Positions 6,550-14,635 of a stretch of 37,969 nt of DNA are shown here, one piece after another (position 1 is the first letter of the stretch; each line of letters begins with the position of its first letter). The stretch covers positions 1 through 37,969 of the IMG/VR virus record IMGVR_UViG_3300002515_000008; one strand, 5' to 3'. Source of the DNA: a virus (taxonomy: Duplodnaviria > Caudoviricetes). Both the position numbers and the translations under genes were made by a program. Under the pieces are notes generated by a model. That model ran no database searches, was not told where the DNA came from, and saw only the letters and a program-made list of their open reading frames with translations.

Positions 6550-7070
6550 GCCACGCACGCTCCCTTCCGATGTGGTGTCACGTCGCCGGCCGCGCGATGC
6601 GGTCGCGCCTCATAGCACGGCGCGCAGTAGAGCGCATGCGGACGTCGGTGCGAGATGTCGCATCCGCAGATGGCGCACAGACGCGGCCCCTCGGGGTAGC
6701 GCGACTTCGCGGCGGTCTGGACGTAGGTGGCGCCCGAAGCGGTGCGGCGGCCGCGACACGTGCCGCAGTAGATGGCGTAGGAACTCCTGCTCGAGATGTC
6801 CGCGCCGCACCCCTTGCACAGCCGCTGGCCCTGCTGCGGCAACGCTTGCCCGCGCGGGACACGCTGCTTGCGCACGCCCGCGTACCCGGCCTTGCGCACG
6901 AGACGCCCCTCGCTGATGCTGAGGATGACGCACTCGGAATGCGGCGCCGTCGGGTCGCTGTACGCGGCACAGGACCGACAACGCTTCACGCTGTCGGCCT
7001 CGGCTGCGAGCGACATGCCGAGCGAAAGCGGCACTACGGCGAAGCCCTTGGGCTGGTATGCCATCGCCAT
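6546..7070 (-). CDS. Protein with tandem zinc-finger repeats (174 aa)
   Basis: Two copies of RLCxxCGxDISxR---AxYCxxC. Confidence 0.65.
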   Translation of the reverse strand: MAMAYQPKGFAVVPLSLGMSLAAEADSVKRCRSCAAYSDPTAPHSECVILSISEGRLVRKAGYAGVRKQRVPRGQALPQQGQRLCKGCGADISSRSSYAIYCGTCRGRRTASGATYVQTAAKSRYPEGPRLCAICGCDISHRRPHALYCAPCYEARPHRAAGDVTPHRKGACVA

Positions 7071-7072
7071 GG

Positions 7073-7483
7073 CTAGACACCGGCCTCGAGGATGGCGAAG
7101 AGGAGCGCACGGGCGATATCGTTGTCCAGTTCCTCGCCTAGCCACTCGAAGTCCTCGATGGCCCGCTCGATGCGCTCCTCGCGGGCGTAGGGGTACGGCT
7201 CGATTGCGTCGGCGAGGAACCCATCGCGGTGGTAATCGCTCGTGTCGAGGTCGATGCATTCGACCAGCACGCGGCCGGACTTGCGATTCGACTTGCCGAC
7301 GAAGAACCATACCTGTCCCGCTCCGTCGTACCCCTCGCGGATACGCACGCGGTCGCCACGGGTGAGGGGCGCGGGGCCACACCAGCCGGATACGGTGAGG
7401 GTCGGCATGCTCCACGAGTAGCCCGCGGTGATCGGCTGGGGGTAGTAGTAGAGGCTGTTGCTGCTGTTGCTGCTCTGACTCAT
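7073..7483 (-). CDS. Hypothetical protein (136 aa)
   Basis: SD GAAAGGAAG before the ATG; fits the operon. Confidence 0.6.
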   Translation of the reverse strand: MSQSSNSSNSLYYYPQPITAGYSWSMPTLTVSGWCGPAPLTRGDRVRIREGYDGAGQVWFFVGKSNRKSGRVLVECIDLDTSDYHRDGFLADAIEPYPYAREERIERAIEDFEWLGEELDNDIARALLFAILEAGV

Positions 7484-7508
7484 GACGCACTTCCTTTCGG
7501 GTTAGGGT

Positions 7509-7579
7509 TCGCGGGCGGGGCGGATCGCAACGAGGGGGGCGTCGCGTTCACGGCGGGGGAACCTACGCCCCGCCCGCAA
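7509..7579 (-). ncRNA. Putative structured intergenic RNA (three-way junction with C-rich loops)
   Basis: 12-bp perfect stem GCGGGCGGGGCG/CGCCCCGCCCGC enclosing two small hairpins. Confidence 0.4.
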
Positions 7580-7589
7580 GGGGGTTGGG

Positions 7590-7853
7590 CTACTTCTTCG
7601 GCACCGGCGCGCTTCCGAGCGCGGCAAGCGATGCGCTGTTCGGGTTGCCGGTGTAGCGGGCGGCGAGCGCCTTGATGAACGACAGCGCGGAGATGAGCGC
7701 CGTGGACAGGCCGACGATCGCAGCGGCCTTGAGCGTGGTAAGCGGGATGGTGCCGGTGGCGTTGAGCACCAGGGCGCCGATTGCCGATCCGCAGAACGCC
7801 TCCACGACCGTGGCGAAGAACCTTTCGAGTGTGTCGAGCCAGAACTTCTGCAT
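7590..7853 (-). CDS. Holin, r1t-like family (87 aa)
   Basis: FWLDTLERFFATVVEAF N-motif, two hydrophobic helices, GNPNSASL motif and basic C-terminus; SD AAGGAGG. Confidence 0.75.
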   Translation of the reverse strand: MQKFWLDTLERFFATVVEAFCGSAIGALVLNATGTIPLTTLKAAAIVGLSTALISALSFIKALAARYTGNPNSASLAALGSAPVPKK

Positions 7854-7889
7854 GCGTGCCTCCTTGAGGGTGAGCGGGTGAGTCGTGCG

Positions 7890-8261
7890 TCAGGAGTGAG
7901 CGCCCACCTCCCCGGTCATGCCAGCTACCCTGCCGCCGTCGCACATGCTCGCGCGCTTGGCGAACGCGCCCTCGAGGTCGGGGAACTCGCTTTCGATCAT
8001 GCGGGCGAGCGGCGCGCGGCACGAGTTGTCGAGCCGGTACGGCGATGAGCCGCGATTGAGCGACCACGAGCGCAGTCCCTCGGCGTAGCGTCCGATGCTC
8101 GGGCGGCGGCGTGCGTCTTTGTCCTCGCGCGCCCAGCGCACCATCGTGAGGTACGCGTCGGGGTTGTTCGTGCGCCACTCGCGAGCTGCCAGCACGGGGT
8201 CGCGCTTGACGAGCCGCGGCAGGTCGTCGGTCGCGTCGAAGATGGACGTCTGTGCGGTCAT
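7890..8261 (-). CDS. Conserved phage hypothetical protein (123 aa)
   Basis: NNPDAY...YRLDNSCRAPLARMIESEFPDLEGAFAKRAS resembles a common uncharacterised phage family. Confidence 0.65.
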   Translation of the reverse strand: MTAQTSIFDATDDLPRLVKRDPVLAAREWRTNNPDAYLTMVRWAREDKDARRRPSIGRYAEGLRSWSLNRGSSPYRLDNSCRAPLARMIESEFPDLEGAFAKRASMCDGGRVAGMTGEVGAHS

Positions 8262-8719
8262 TCGTCCTCACCGTCCTCGTGCTCGGTGAACTCGTCGAGG
8301 TCGAACAGCGACAGCGGCGCCTCCTTGACGCAGCAGCCCTGTCCCCACGAGTGGAATACCTGCGTCTGCCGACAGCGCACGTGCATCCCGGTGAATAGCT
8401 CGCACTTGGAGCACTCGGCTGGCGTACACGCTTGGTCCGGCACGGGGTAGAGCGCGAGGATTGCGAGGTGCGTCCACTTGAAGCCCAACTCCTCGCTGTC
8501 GACCTCGCGCACCGTCACGCCACGGCCCCGGCGCCAGTCCACGAATCCGCGAGAGCCGTCAGCAAAGTCGAACGACGCACCGCCATCGCCGAACTCGTCG
8601 CGCAGGTGGTCTTCGAGGTTGCGCCTGTCCGCGATGAACGCCGCGATGCGCTCGCGCCCACCCTGGACGTGACCGCCCTCGGCAATGACGCGGATCACGT
8701 CGGCGCGGGTGATGCTCAC
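8258..8719 (-). CDS. Hypothetical protein (153 aa) with C-terminal Cys cluster
   Basis: GTGA overlap; motif GGHVQGGRERI...LRDEFGDGGASF. Confidence 0.65.
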   Translation of the reverse strand: MSITRADVIRVIAEGGHVQGGRERIAAFIADRRNLEDHLRDEFGDGGASFDFADGSRGFVDWRRGRGVTVREVDSEELGFKWTHLAILALYPVPDQACTPAECSKCELFTGMHVRCRQTQVFHSWGQGCCVKEAPLSLFDLDEFTEHEDGEDE

Positions 8720-9195
8720 GACGACACCTCGCGCTGCGTCGAGACTTCCCCGAGCTTGCGCAGCAGCCACGCGTCGGCCTCGTCGTTGCTCTCGCCTTCG
8801 TAGCCGAACTTGCGGATGGCGGCGGCGATCATCGCGTCCTTGTTCGCGTTGCCCTTGCCCGTGGCGAACTTCTTCAGCACCGCGGGCGGGACGTTCGTGT
8901 ACGCGATACCAGCCTCGCGGAGCAGGTGACGGACGATGCCCCCGAGCTGCCCCAGGCCGTGCGCCTGTTCCGCGCGTCCGAACGCGTAGCCCTCGACGTA
9001 GACGGCCTCCACGCCGTCCTCGGTCGCGTCAGCGACGATCCGCCGGCCGATTGCCGCGCTGCGCTCCACGCCGTCCTTGCCGTCCGCTTTCGTGCGGATG
9101 CGTTGCGTGCGGCGGTGCGAGGAGTAGCCCGTCGATGTGAGTGACAGGTCGAGTCCGAGTACGCGGTCGAAGCGCAGCACCGGCGGCGGGGTCAT
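8716..9195 (-). CDS. ruvC: RuvC-like Holliday junction resolvase (159 aa)
   Basis: VLGLDLSLTSTG, VYVEG, VPPAVLKKFATGKGNANK, DEADA catalytic motifs. Confidence 0.9.
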   Translation of the reverse strand: MTPPPVLRFDRVLGLDLSLTSTGYSSHRRTQRIRTKADGKDGVERSAAIGRRIVADATEDGVEAVYVEGYAFGRAEQAHGLGQLGGIVRHLLREAGIAYTNVPPAVLKKFATGKGNANKDAMIAAAIRKFGYEGESNDEADAWLLRKLGEVSTQREVSS

Positions 9196-9803
9196 CGCGC
9201 ACCCCATTGAGCAGCCATGGCGTTTGCGATACCGACGAAGAACATCGAGCGCACCTTGCGCCGTTCCTCGCCCTGTAGATTGAACGAATCCGCGTGCCAC
9301 TTCGGGTATCGCTTGCCGCCGATGGTGACGATTTCGGCCTCCACGAGCGGGCCCGTCTTGATGAGCGGAGGCAGCGACTGGAGCCACAGGCAGGTAGGCT
9401 TGCGGGACGGGTCGCCGTAGTCGAACGGATTGATTATCTGGTCGGGCTTGCGCCAGAGCGACGAGAGTGTCCCGAGGGGGTTCTCGATAGCCCACGGAGT
9501 GTCGCCCGCGGCTTCGATGAGCGCCCGCACGAATCCCAACGCCTCGTCGCGGTCCGCAAGCCGCTGCTCTCTGTACTTCCCATGGAGCCACCTGTTGCCC
9601 GCGAGCGAGAAGTACGTGCAGGGCGGGTGCATCACGATCAGGTCCCAAACCTTGGAGCGCACGGCCTCCACGGCGTCGCCTTGGATATGCGGCCCGAACG
9701 CGCTTTCGCTCGGGAGTAGGTCGCACGACACCGCGTCATGGCCGGCACGGATGAACGCGTCGCGCACGGTACCCGAGAACTCGCACGCCACGAGGACGTT
9801 CAT
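9192..9803 (-). CDS. Short phage C5 DNA cytosine methyltransferase-like protein (203 aa)
   Basis: MNVLVACEFSG...SCDL, catalytic HPPCT, IENP, KPTCLWL and C-terminal GIANAMAAQWG. Confidence 0.8.
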   Translation of the reverse strand: MNVLVACEFSGTVRDAFIRAGHDAVSCDLLPSESAFGPHIQGDAVEAVRSKVWDLIVMHPPCTYFSLAGNRWLHGKYREQRLADRDEALGFVRALIEAAGDTPWAIENPLGTLSSLWRKPDQIINPFDYGDPSRKPTCLWLQSLPPLIKTGPLVEAEIVTIGGKRYPKWHADSFNLQGEERRKVRSMFFVGIANAMAAQWGAR

Positions 9804-9922
9804 CGCGCCAACCTCCGCACCCGGCGCACGATCTTCGCGCTCACGAGCAAGTGCAGGTGAAGTCGGCACGCGACGCTGCCCTTGACGCGGGGTCGGTGGC
9901 AGTAGCGGCAGTGGCGCTTCAT
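9800..9922 (-). CDS. Small basic Cys/His peptide (40 aa)
   Basis: MKRHCRYCHRPRVKGSVACRLHLH...; SD GGAGGG; ATGA overlaps at both ends. Confidence 0.5.
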   Translation of the reverse strand: MKRHCRYCHRPRVKGSVACRLHLHLLVSAKIVRRVRRLAR

Positions 9923-10428
9923 AGCGCGTCCCTCCACGCAGCGGGGTCGAGTTCGATGTTGCCGCCGAACCATCGGCAGGAGCGGAGCGCGAGCCACTTC
10001 TGTGAGCAGGCGCGGGAGCAGAGCAGCAGCGCCGCGATGAAGTTGTCCTCAGTGATGTCGCGAATGGTGGCGCGCCTAGCGATGGTCAGCCGACCGCACT
10101 CGTCAGCGACCAGCAGGCCCCACCCCTCGGGCAGTTCATGAGCATCAACGAGCCCCGCCGGGGTCACGAACCACTGTTCGGTCAGTCGTGAGTTGGTCGC
10201 GTACTGGCGATGCCACTTCTTGCGATCGGCGAAGAAGTCGGAACGCGACACCTTCGACTCAAACTCTGCCGAGCGCATCCGACCCTTGATGTGGCCTACC
10301 GCTACCGCGTCTGAATCTCCCATGCCTCCCGCGCACTGTGAGTTCATCGCCACGGCTGAGAACCCGTAGCGCAACGCCCACGCACAAGCCGACTCGGACA
10401 GGAGTTCATGGCGCACCGACGCGCTCAT
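9919..10428 (-). CDS. MmcB-like PD-(D/E)XK nuclease (169 aa)
   Basis: DAVAV...EFESKVSRSDFFADRKK...WFVTPAGLV...ELPEGWGLL. Confidence 0.75.
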   Translation of the reverse strand: MSASVRHELLSESACAWALRYGFSAVAMNSQCAGGMGDSDAVAVGHIKGRMRSAEFESKVSRSDFFADRKKWHRQYATNSRLTEQWFVTPAGLVDAHELPEGWGLLVADECGRLTIARRATIRDITEDNFIAALLLCSRACSQKWLALRSCRWFGGNIELDPAAWRDAL

Positions 10429-10526
10429 CACAACCCCCGCGCGATCGCATACAGGCCCATCGCGTAGACAGCGACGGCGACGAGCACGGTGTAGAGCGCG
10501 ACTGCGGTCACTTCGCGGGCGGTCAT
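10428..10526 (-). CDS. Single-TM microprotein (32 aa), absent from the ORF track
   Basis: MTAREVTAVALYTVLVAVAVYAMGLYAIARGL; SD AAGGAGG; overlaps both neighbours. Confidence 0.6.
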   Translation of the reverse strand: MTAREVTAVALYTVLVAVAVYAMGLYAIARGL

Positions 10527-10657
10527 CGCGTGCCTCCTTGCGGCGGGAGATGCGACGGGCGGCTGTTGCGGATGGACGCGAGGACGAGGCCGGTGACGCC
10601 GCCGACGCTGAAGCCGACGAAGATGCCGATGAGGACGCCGATGCCGAAGTCGCTCAT
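10523..10657 (-). CDS. Single-TM microprotein (44 aa)
   Basis: MSDFGIGVLIGIFVGFSVGGVTGLVLASIR; ATGA overlap. Confidence 0.65.
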   Translation of the reverse strand: MSDFGIGVLIGIFVGFSVGGVTGLVLASIRNSRPSHLPPQGGTR

Positions 10658-10944
10658 GACGCTTCTCCCGTCGCTAGGACGCGGCTCACGCAATCGGTCG
10701 CGCCGAACTCGCAGCAGTCGAGCGTGCCGCAGGGCTTGAGCTTGCACGCGGCCACGGCGGCGACTCTAGCCGCGAACTCGTGCGCGGCAACGGCGAGGCG
10801 GTATGCGGTGGCGGTGTCCGCACATGTGATTGCGAAACCGTCGAGAAGCAGGACTGGCGCGCCACCGCCGAGGCCGACCATCACCACGTCCCCGGCGTAG
10901 AGTTCGAGCGACTGGTAGCCGTAGTTCGTGTTGAGGAGGGCCAC
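10654..10944 (-). CDS. Hypothetical protein (96 aa)
   Basis: GTG start with SD AAGGAGG; fits the operon. Confidence 0.6.
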   Translation of the reverse strand: MALLNTNYGYQSLELYAGDVVMVGLGGGAPVLLLDGFAITCADTATAYRLAVAAHEFAARVAAVAACKLKPCGTLDCCEFGATDCVSRVLATGEAS

Positions 10945-10945
10945 G

Positions 10946-11881
10946 TCACGCCTCCTTGCGGACGGTGCCGGTCAGGCCCATGCCGCGCAGGTTGCCGATG
11001 ATCGCGGCGCGCTGCGCGTCGGTGCAGACGACCGAGAACGTGAAGGTCGAGACCTCGGCCACGAGTTCGGCGATGCCCTCGGTGATCTCCTCGGCCTTGG
11101 CGCGCTCTACCTCGTCGAGCATCGCGCGGCTCTCGTCGTAGGTGAGCGGCGGTGCGGCCTTGGACTCCTGCTCGGCGCGGTACGCGGCGATCTCGGCCTT
11201 CTCGGCGTCGAGTCGGCGCGTGCGTTCAGCGGCTTCCTCTAGCGCCTTGGAGCGCGCGATTGCAGCGCCGAGGTCGAGCGTCTCGAAGTAGGTCGTCTTC
11301 GCGTCCGTGAGGTACGCCAGCCCCATGCCTTCGAGCGTGGCGTCGTCGCGGGCGATGCGGTCGATGGTCTTCTCGATGGCTTCGAACGCGGCCATGAGGT
11401 TGACTGTCTTGTTGAGCCACGCGGCGTCTTCGATGCGCTCGAACGGGACGACCTCGACAAGCGCACCGGCGTAGTCCGTGTAGTGCTTCACGAGTTCGAT
11501 GCGCTTGGCGATCTTCTCCTGCGCCTCGAACGCCTTGACCTGTACGTCGATTGCGAGGGCGACTTCATCGATGCGCGCTGTGAGCGACTTGACGTGATCG
11601 CCGAACTCGACGGCGGGCGCGGTGTATTCACGCGTCACGCGTAGCCGAACCTGGTCGATGTCCTTGCGGAAGGCGTTGAGCGATGCGCGGTATTTCTTCG
11701 CCTCCGCAACGCCGTCCGCCGAAACGACCACATCCCGGTAGATGGCGATCTTCTCTTCGACGCCGCGTTCCAACTCCTCAAAGTTGGCTTCGATGGTCGC
11801 GCCGGGCTGCATCTTCGTGATGACCAGCACCAACGCGGTCGGTTCGATCACTTCGGCGACGATGGTTGCGGACTTGGACAT
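10946..11881 (-). CDS. DUF1351-family protein (311 aa)
   Basis: IEANFEEL...AKKYRASLN...WLNKT coiled-coil pattern; sits next to ERF, as is usual for this family. Confidence 0.75.
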   Translation of the reverse strand: MSKSATIVAEVIEPTALVLVITKMQPGATIEANFEELERGVEEKIAIYRDVVVSADGVAEAKKYRASLNAFRKDIDQVRLRVTREYTAPAVEFGDHVKSLTARIDEVALAIDVQVKAFEAQEKIAKRIELVKHYTDYAGALVEVVPFERIEDAAWLNKTVNLMAAFEAIEKTIDRIARDDATLEGMGLAYLTDAKTTYFETLDLGAAIARSKALEEAAERTRRLDAEKAEIAAYRAEQESKAAPPLTYDESRAMLDEVERAKAEEITEGIAELVAEVSTFTFSVVCTDAQRAAIIGNLRGMGLTGTVRKEA

Positions 11882-11893
11882 GTCTCCCCCTCC

Positions 11894-12601
11894 CTAGAAC
11901 GGGATGTCGGTGTCGCTGTACTCGGGCGGTTCGTCGGACGCGGCGGGCTTCTCTTGCGCGATCTGCTCGAGCGTTGCGCGCTGCTCTGGCGTCAGGGCTG
12001 CGAACCCGTCACGCGTCTGGTGCGCGACCGACACGCCCATCGCCTTCCACGCCTTCTCGACGTTCGAGCGCGTCCCGTTCTCCTTGCAGGCGGCGCCCAT
12101 CGCGCGGAAGTTCGCCTCTACCGCTTTCGTTGCGGGCACGGGAGCGGACGACACGGGCGCCGTGCCGGAAGCGCCGTACGTCTTCGCGGCGGGAGTGACC
12201 GACACGCGGTTCGCGTCGTCGTCTTCCTGCGCGAGCGCGAAGATGGAAGCGACGGCGTAGCGTCGGCAGTAGGTGATCGCGGCGCCCGCTCCTTGCGGGT
12301 CGGGCTTGGAGAGCGCGACGGTGAAGGCGCCGAAGTCCATCTCCTCGCCGGTCTTGTACAAGAGCCGCGTGCGGACGCCTACGAGCGGGCCGTCGCTGAC
12401 GGGCTCCTGTGTGAGCGCGAACCCCGCAGCGACGAGGATCGGCTTCGCCACGTCGAGGAACGCCTCGAGGTCGGCGTAGCGAAGGACCTTGCCGTCGCGC
12501 TTGAACGCGGGGTTGTCGGCGTTCTTCACGGGATCGGGCATCTCGCTGTATGCCTCGATGAACGCCTCGCGCATCGTCTTCTCTGCGGTTGTGGCGGTCA
12601 T
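11894..12601 (-). CDS. erf: ERF-family ssDNA-annealing protein with SSB-like DIPF tail (235 aa)
   Basis: NPAFK...YADL...DPQGAGAAITYCRRYA...EDDDAN is the ERF signature; ends YSDTDIPF. Confidence 0.9.
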   Translation of the reverse strand: MTATTAEKTMREAFIEAYSEMPDPVKNADNPAFKRDGKVLRYADLEAFLDVAKPILVAAGFALTQEPVSDGPLVGVRTRLLYKTGEEMDFGAFTVALSKPDPQGAGAAITYCRRYAVASIFALAQEDDDANRVSVTPAAKTYGASGTAPVSSAPVPATKAVEANFRAMGAACKENGTRSNVEKAWKAMGVSVAHQTRDGFAALTPEQRATLEQIAQEKPAASDEPPEYSDTDIPF

Positions 12602-12810
12602 GACGCCACCGCCTCGTCGCGCTTGTTGTACTCGTCGTAGATCGCGTTCGCGGCCTTGATGCCAGCCTTGATCGCTGCGGTCATGTCCTTGGTGCCGGTC
12701 GTCGTGTGGTTCTGCGCGGCGTCGATCAGAAGACGGATCGCGTCAGCGGCGTTCTCGGTGAGCTCGTCAAGCTCATCGACCAGCGTGTGCGGCATGCTCC
12801 TGTTGTACAT
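12598..12810 (-). CDS. Hypothetical protein (70 aa)
   Basis: First gene after the 12865-12893 promoter; SD AAAGGGGAG. Confidence 0.65.
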   Translation of the reverse strand: MYNRSMPHTLVDELDELTENAADAIRLLIDAAQNHTTTGTKDMTAAIKAGIKAANAIYDEYNKRDEAVAS

Positions 12811-12864
12811 CGTTCTCCCCTTTCGTAGTCGGGCGTTCCCTCGTTCATTCGCCCCGTTGTGTAG

Positions 12865-12893
12865 ATATTATGCCCCGCTTGGCGGGGTGTCAA
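12865..12893 (-). promoter_or_regulatory. Sigma70-type promoter with palindromic spacer
   Basis: TTGACA, 17 nt, TAATAT. The spacer contains CCCCGC-caa-GCGGGG. Confidence 0.75.
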
Positions 12894-13305
12894 CAACGTT
12901 CGCCATGAATGTCGCACGGGCTCGTTCCAGCCTCGCTCGGCGGTCCTCGGGTGATTCGGGATCGTAGTACGCGCTCGCGGGCAGTTCGCCCGTCCATGGC
13001 TTCGTGGCCGACGGGTAGTAGTCGATCTGGCACGCCTCGCAGAAGTAGTCCCAGCGAACCTCGCGGATCGTCTTGCTGTCCGACGAGCGCCCGGAGCCGA
13101 CCTCGACCGTGTGCTCGATCACATCGCCGGAGCGCAAGTGGCCCTCATACGGGCGCGTCGAGCTGTGTCCTGGGGTGTTGACGACGTGACTCTCGCCGTC
13201 GTCGCCCACGACCTCAGAGCACCAGCGCGCAAGGAGCGTTCCGCACTTCGGGCACGCGCGGCGGTCCTGATAGCGGGGCTGGACGCGGCTACCTGCGTCG
13301 GGCAT
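12868..13305 (-). CDS. Zinc-ribbon hypothetical protein (145 aa)
   Basis: CPKCG...FCEAC; follows the replication initiator. Confidence 0.6.
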   Translation of the reverse strand: MPDAGSRVQPRYQDRRACPKCGTLLARWCSEVVGDDGESHVVNTPGHSSTRPYEGHLRSGDVIEHTVEVGSGRSSDSKTIREVRWDYFCEACQIDYYPSATKPWTGELPASAYYDPESPEDRRARLERARATFMANVVDTPPSGA

Positions 13306-14059
13306 CGGGCGGCACCACCTCTCGGTCGGAGCGCATCGCCATGAGCAGGAGCTTCCACGGCTTGTTCGTCACCTTGTAGTCGACGTGCTCGACGCACCAC
13401 AGGCATTGCTTCTTGTTCCCGTCGCACGCCGGCAGACAGCCCTCGGTGAGAGCGGCGCAGAACTGGCCGTACTTCGCGGGGGAGATCATGCCGAACCGGC
13501 GGTTGACGATCTGCGGGATGCAGTCGGGGATGGGTACGCCGTCGAACTTCGTGGTCGGGAACTTCGAGAAGCACTCAGGGAGTGCGGAGTAGTGGGGCGG
13601 TTCCTTCGATGTGACAAGGGGAGCGGAGTCCCTCTCTTCTCCGTGCTCCGATACTCCGTACTCCGTACTCCGTGCTCCGCCCGCCTTGGACACGCCTAGG
13701 TCTGTCCTAGGTATGTCCTCGTCCTGTCCTTGCATCGGGCAAGGGGGTATCACGGATTCACTCTCGCGCGGGTGCGGGTGTTGGTGATCGGTGAACGTCG
13801 GGCACCACAGGTAGGACACTCCCGCGACCTCGTAGCGCACGATGAACCCCGCGGTGATAAGCAGCGCGAGTAGGGGCGCCACGTCGATGTTCGGGAAGTA
13901 TGGGAACACGTGCGCCCGGATGCGTGCGGGTTCGTCCTTGCACCGGCCCTCACGATCTGAGTAGCACCACAACCCTGCGAACAGCATCATGGACTCTATG
14001 CCGCACTCGGCCAGTTCGGGGTTGTCGAAGAAGCCAGGTTTGAGGGCGCGTTGTCTCAT
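13289..14059 (-). CDS. Phage replication initiator / replisome organiser (256 aa)
   Basis: MRQRALKPGFF...LFAGLWCYSDREGR...GFIVRYEV...TFTDHQ N-domain (RIRxIKPEF-type family), plus an internal repeat tract. Confidence 0.8.
   Translation of the reverse strand: MRQRALKPGFFDNPELAECGIESMMLFAGLWCYSDREGRCKDEPARIRAHVFPYFPNIDVAPLLALLITAGFIVRYEVAGVSYLWCPTFTDHQHPHPRESESVIPPCPMQGQDEDIPRTDLGVSKAGGARSTEYGVSEHGEERDSAPLVTSKEPPHYSALPECFSKFPTTKFDGVPIPDCIPQIVNRRFGMISPAKYGQFCAALTEGCLPACDGNKKQCLWCVEHVDYKVTNKPWKLLLMAMRSDREVVPPDARRR
13639..13735. repeat. Iteron-like repeats, putative replication origin
   Basis: Six CTCCG-based 7-8-mers (13639-13680), then five 11-bp-period units: ccgccttggac, acgcctaggtc, tgtcctaggta, tgtcctcgtcc, tgtccttgcat. 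Confidence 0.65.
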
Positions 14060-14358
14060 GGCCGCTCGACCCACTTCGATGGAATAGTCAGACCATGCTC
14101 CGCGCAGAAGGCAATCCGGTGGTCGATGTTCTCGGGCCCCTTCTGCGCGTTACAGCGGGCGCAGAGTGGCTGCATGTTTCGCATGTCGCTCGCGCCGCCT
14201 TGGTAGTGCGGGACAATATGGTCGCGGTCGAAGTGGGCGTGTTCCTCTCCACATCGCACGCATCGGTGGCCGAAGAACTCGACCATCTCGGCAAACTCCG
14301 CGCGCATGGCTCCAGTGTTCCATCCGGGAGTGCTTCTGCGCCTGCGCTGCCTCAACAT
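14056..14358 (-). CDS. HNH endonuclease (100 aa)
   Basis: CVRCG...DRDHIVPHYQGG...NMQPLCARCNAQKG. Confidence 0.85.
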   Translation of the reverse strand: MLRQRRRRSTPGWNTGAMRAEFAEMVEFFGHRCVRCGEEHAHFDRDHIVPHYQGGASDMRNMQPLCARCNAQKGPENIDHRIAFCAEHGLTIPSKWVERP

Positions 14359-14360
14359 TG

Positions 14361-14573
14361 CTACTCGACCCAGCGCGTGAAGTCCGACGCCGGGACCTTC
14401 AGCGCCTTCGCGAGCTTCTGGATCGTCAGGATGTTGGCGCGGCTCCACCCCGACTGTTCGCGCAGGCTGATCGTGACGGCGGCGACTCCCGACTTCTGCG
14501 AGAGCTGGTCCGGTGTGAGGATGTGCTCCTCCCGGATGCGCCGGAGCGCGGGCCCGTCTATCTCTAGCGGCAT
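14361..14573 (-). CDS. Cro/XRE-family HTH transcriptional regulator (70 aa)
   Basis: LRRIREEHILTPDQLSQKSGVAAVTIS...TIQKLAKALKV; SD AGGAGG. Confidence 0.85.
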   Translation of the reverse strand: MPLEIDGPALRRIREEHILTPDQLSQKSGVAAVTISLREQSGWSRANILTIQKLAKALKVPASDFTRWVE

Positions 14574-14606
14574 GGGTTCCTCCTGTGTTGTGAACCTATC
14601 GAACGC

Positions 14607-14635
14607 ATACTAAATCCGTGACGCGCCCATGTCAA
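14607..14635 (-). promoter_or_regulatory. Early sigma70-type promoter with an overlapping TGAC-N8-GTCA palindrome
   Basis: TTGACA (14635-14630), 17 nt, TAGTAT (14612-14607). Confidence 0.8.

Noticed and set aside
7509-7579. tRNA gene
   Set aside because: No T-loop or D-loop consensus, anticodon arm or CCA; kept only as a generic structured RNA.
13639-13735. Short repeats considered as a CRISPR array
   Set aside because: Units are 7-11 bp with no spacers, lie inside a CDS, and no cas genes are present.
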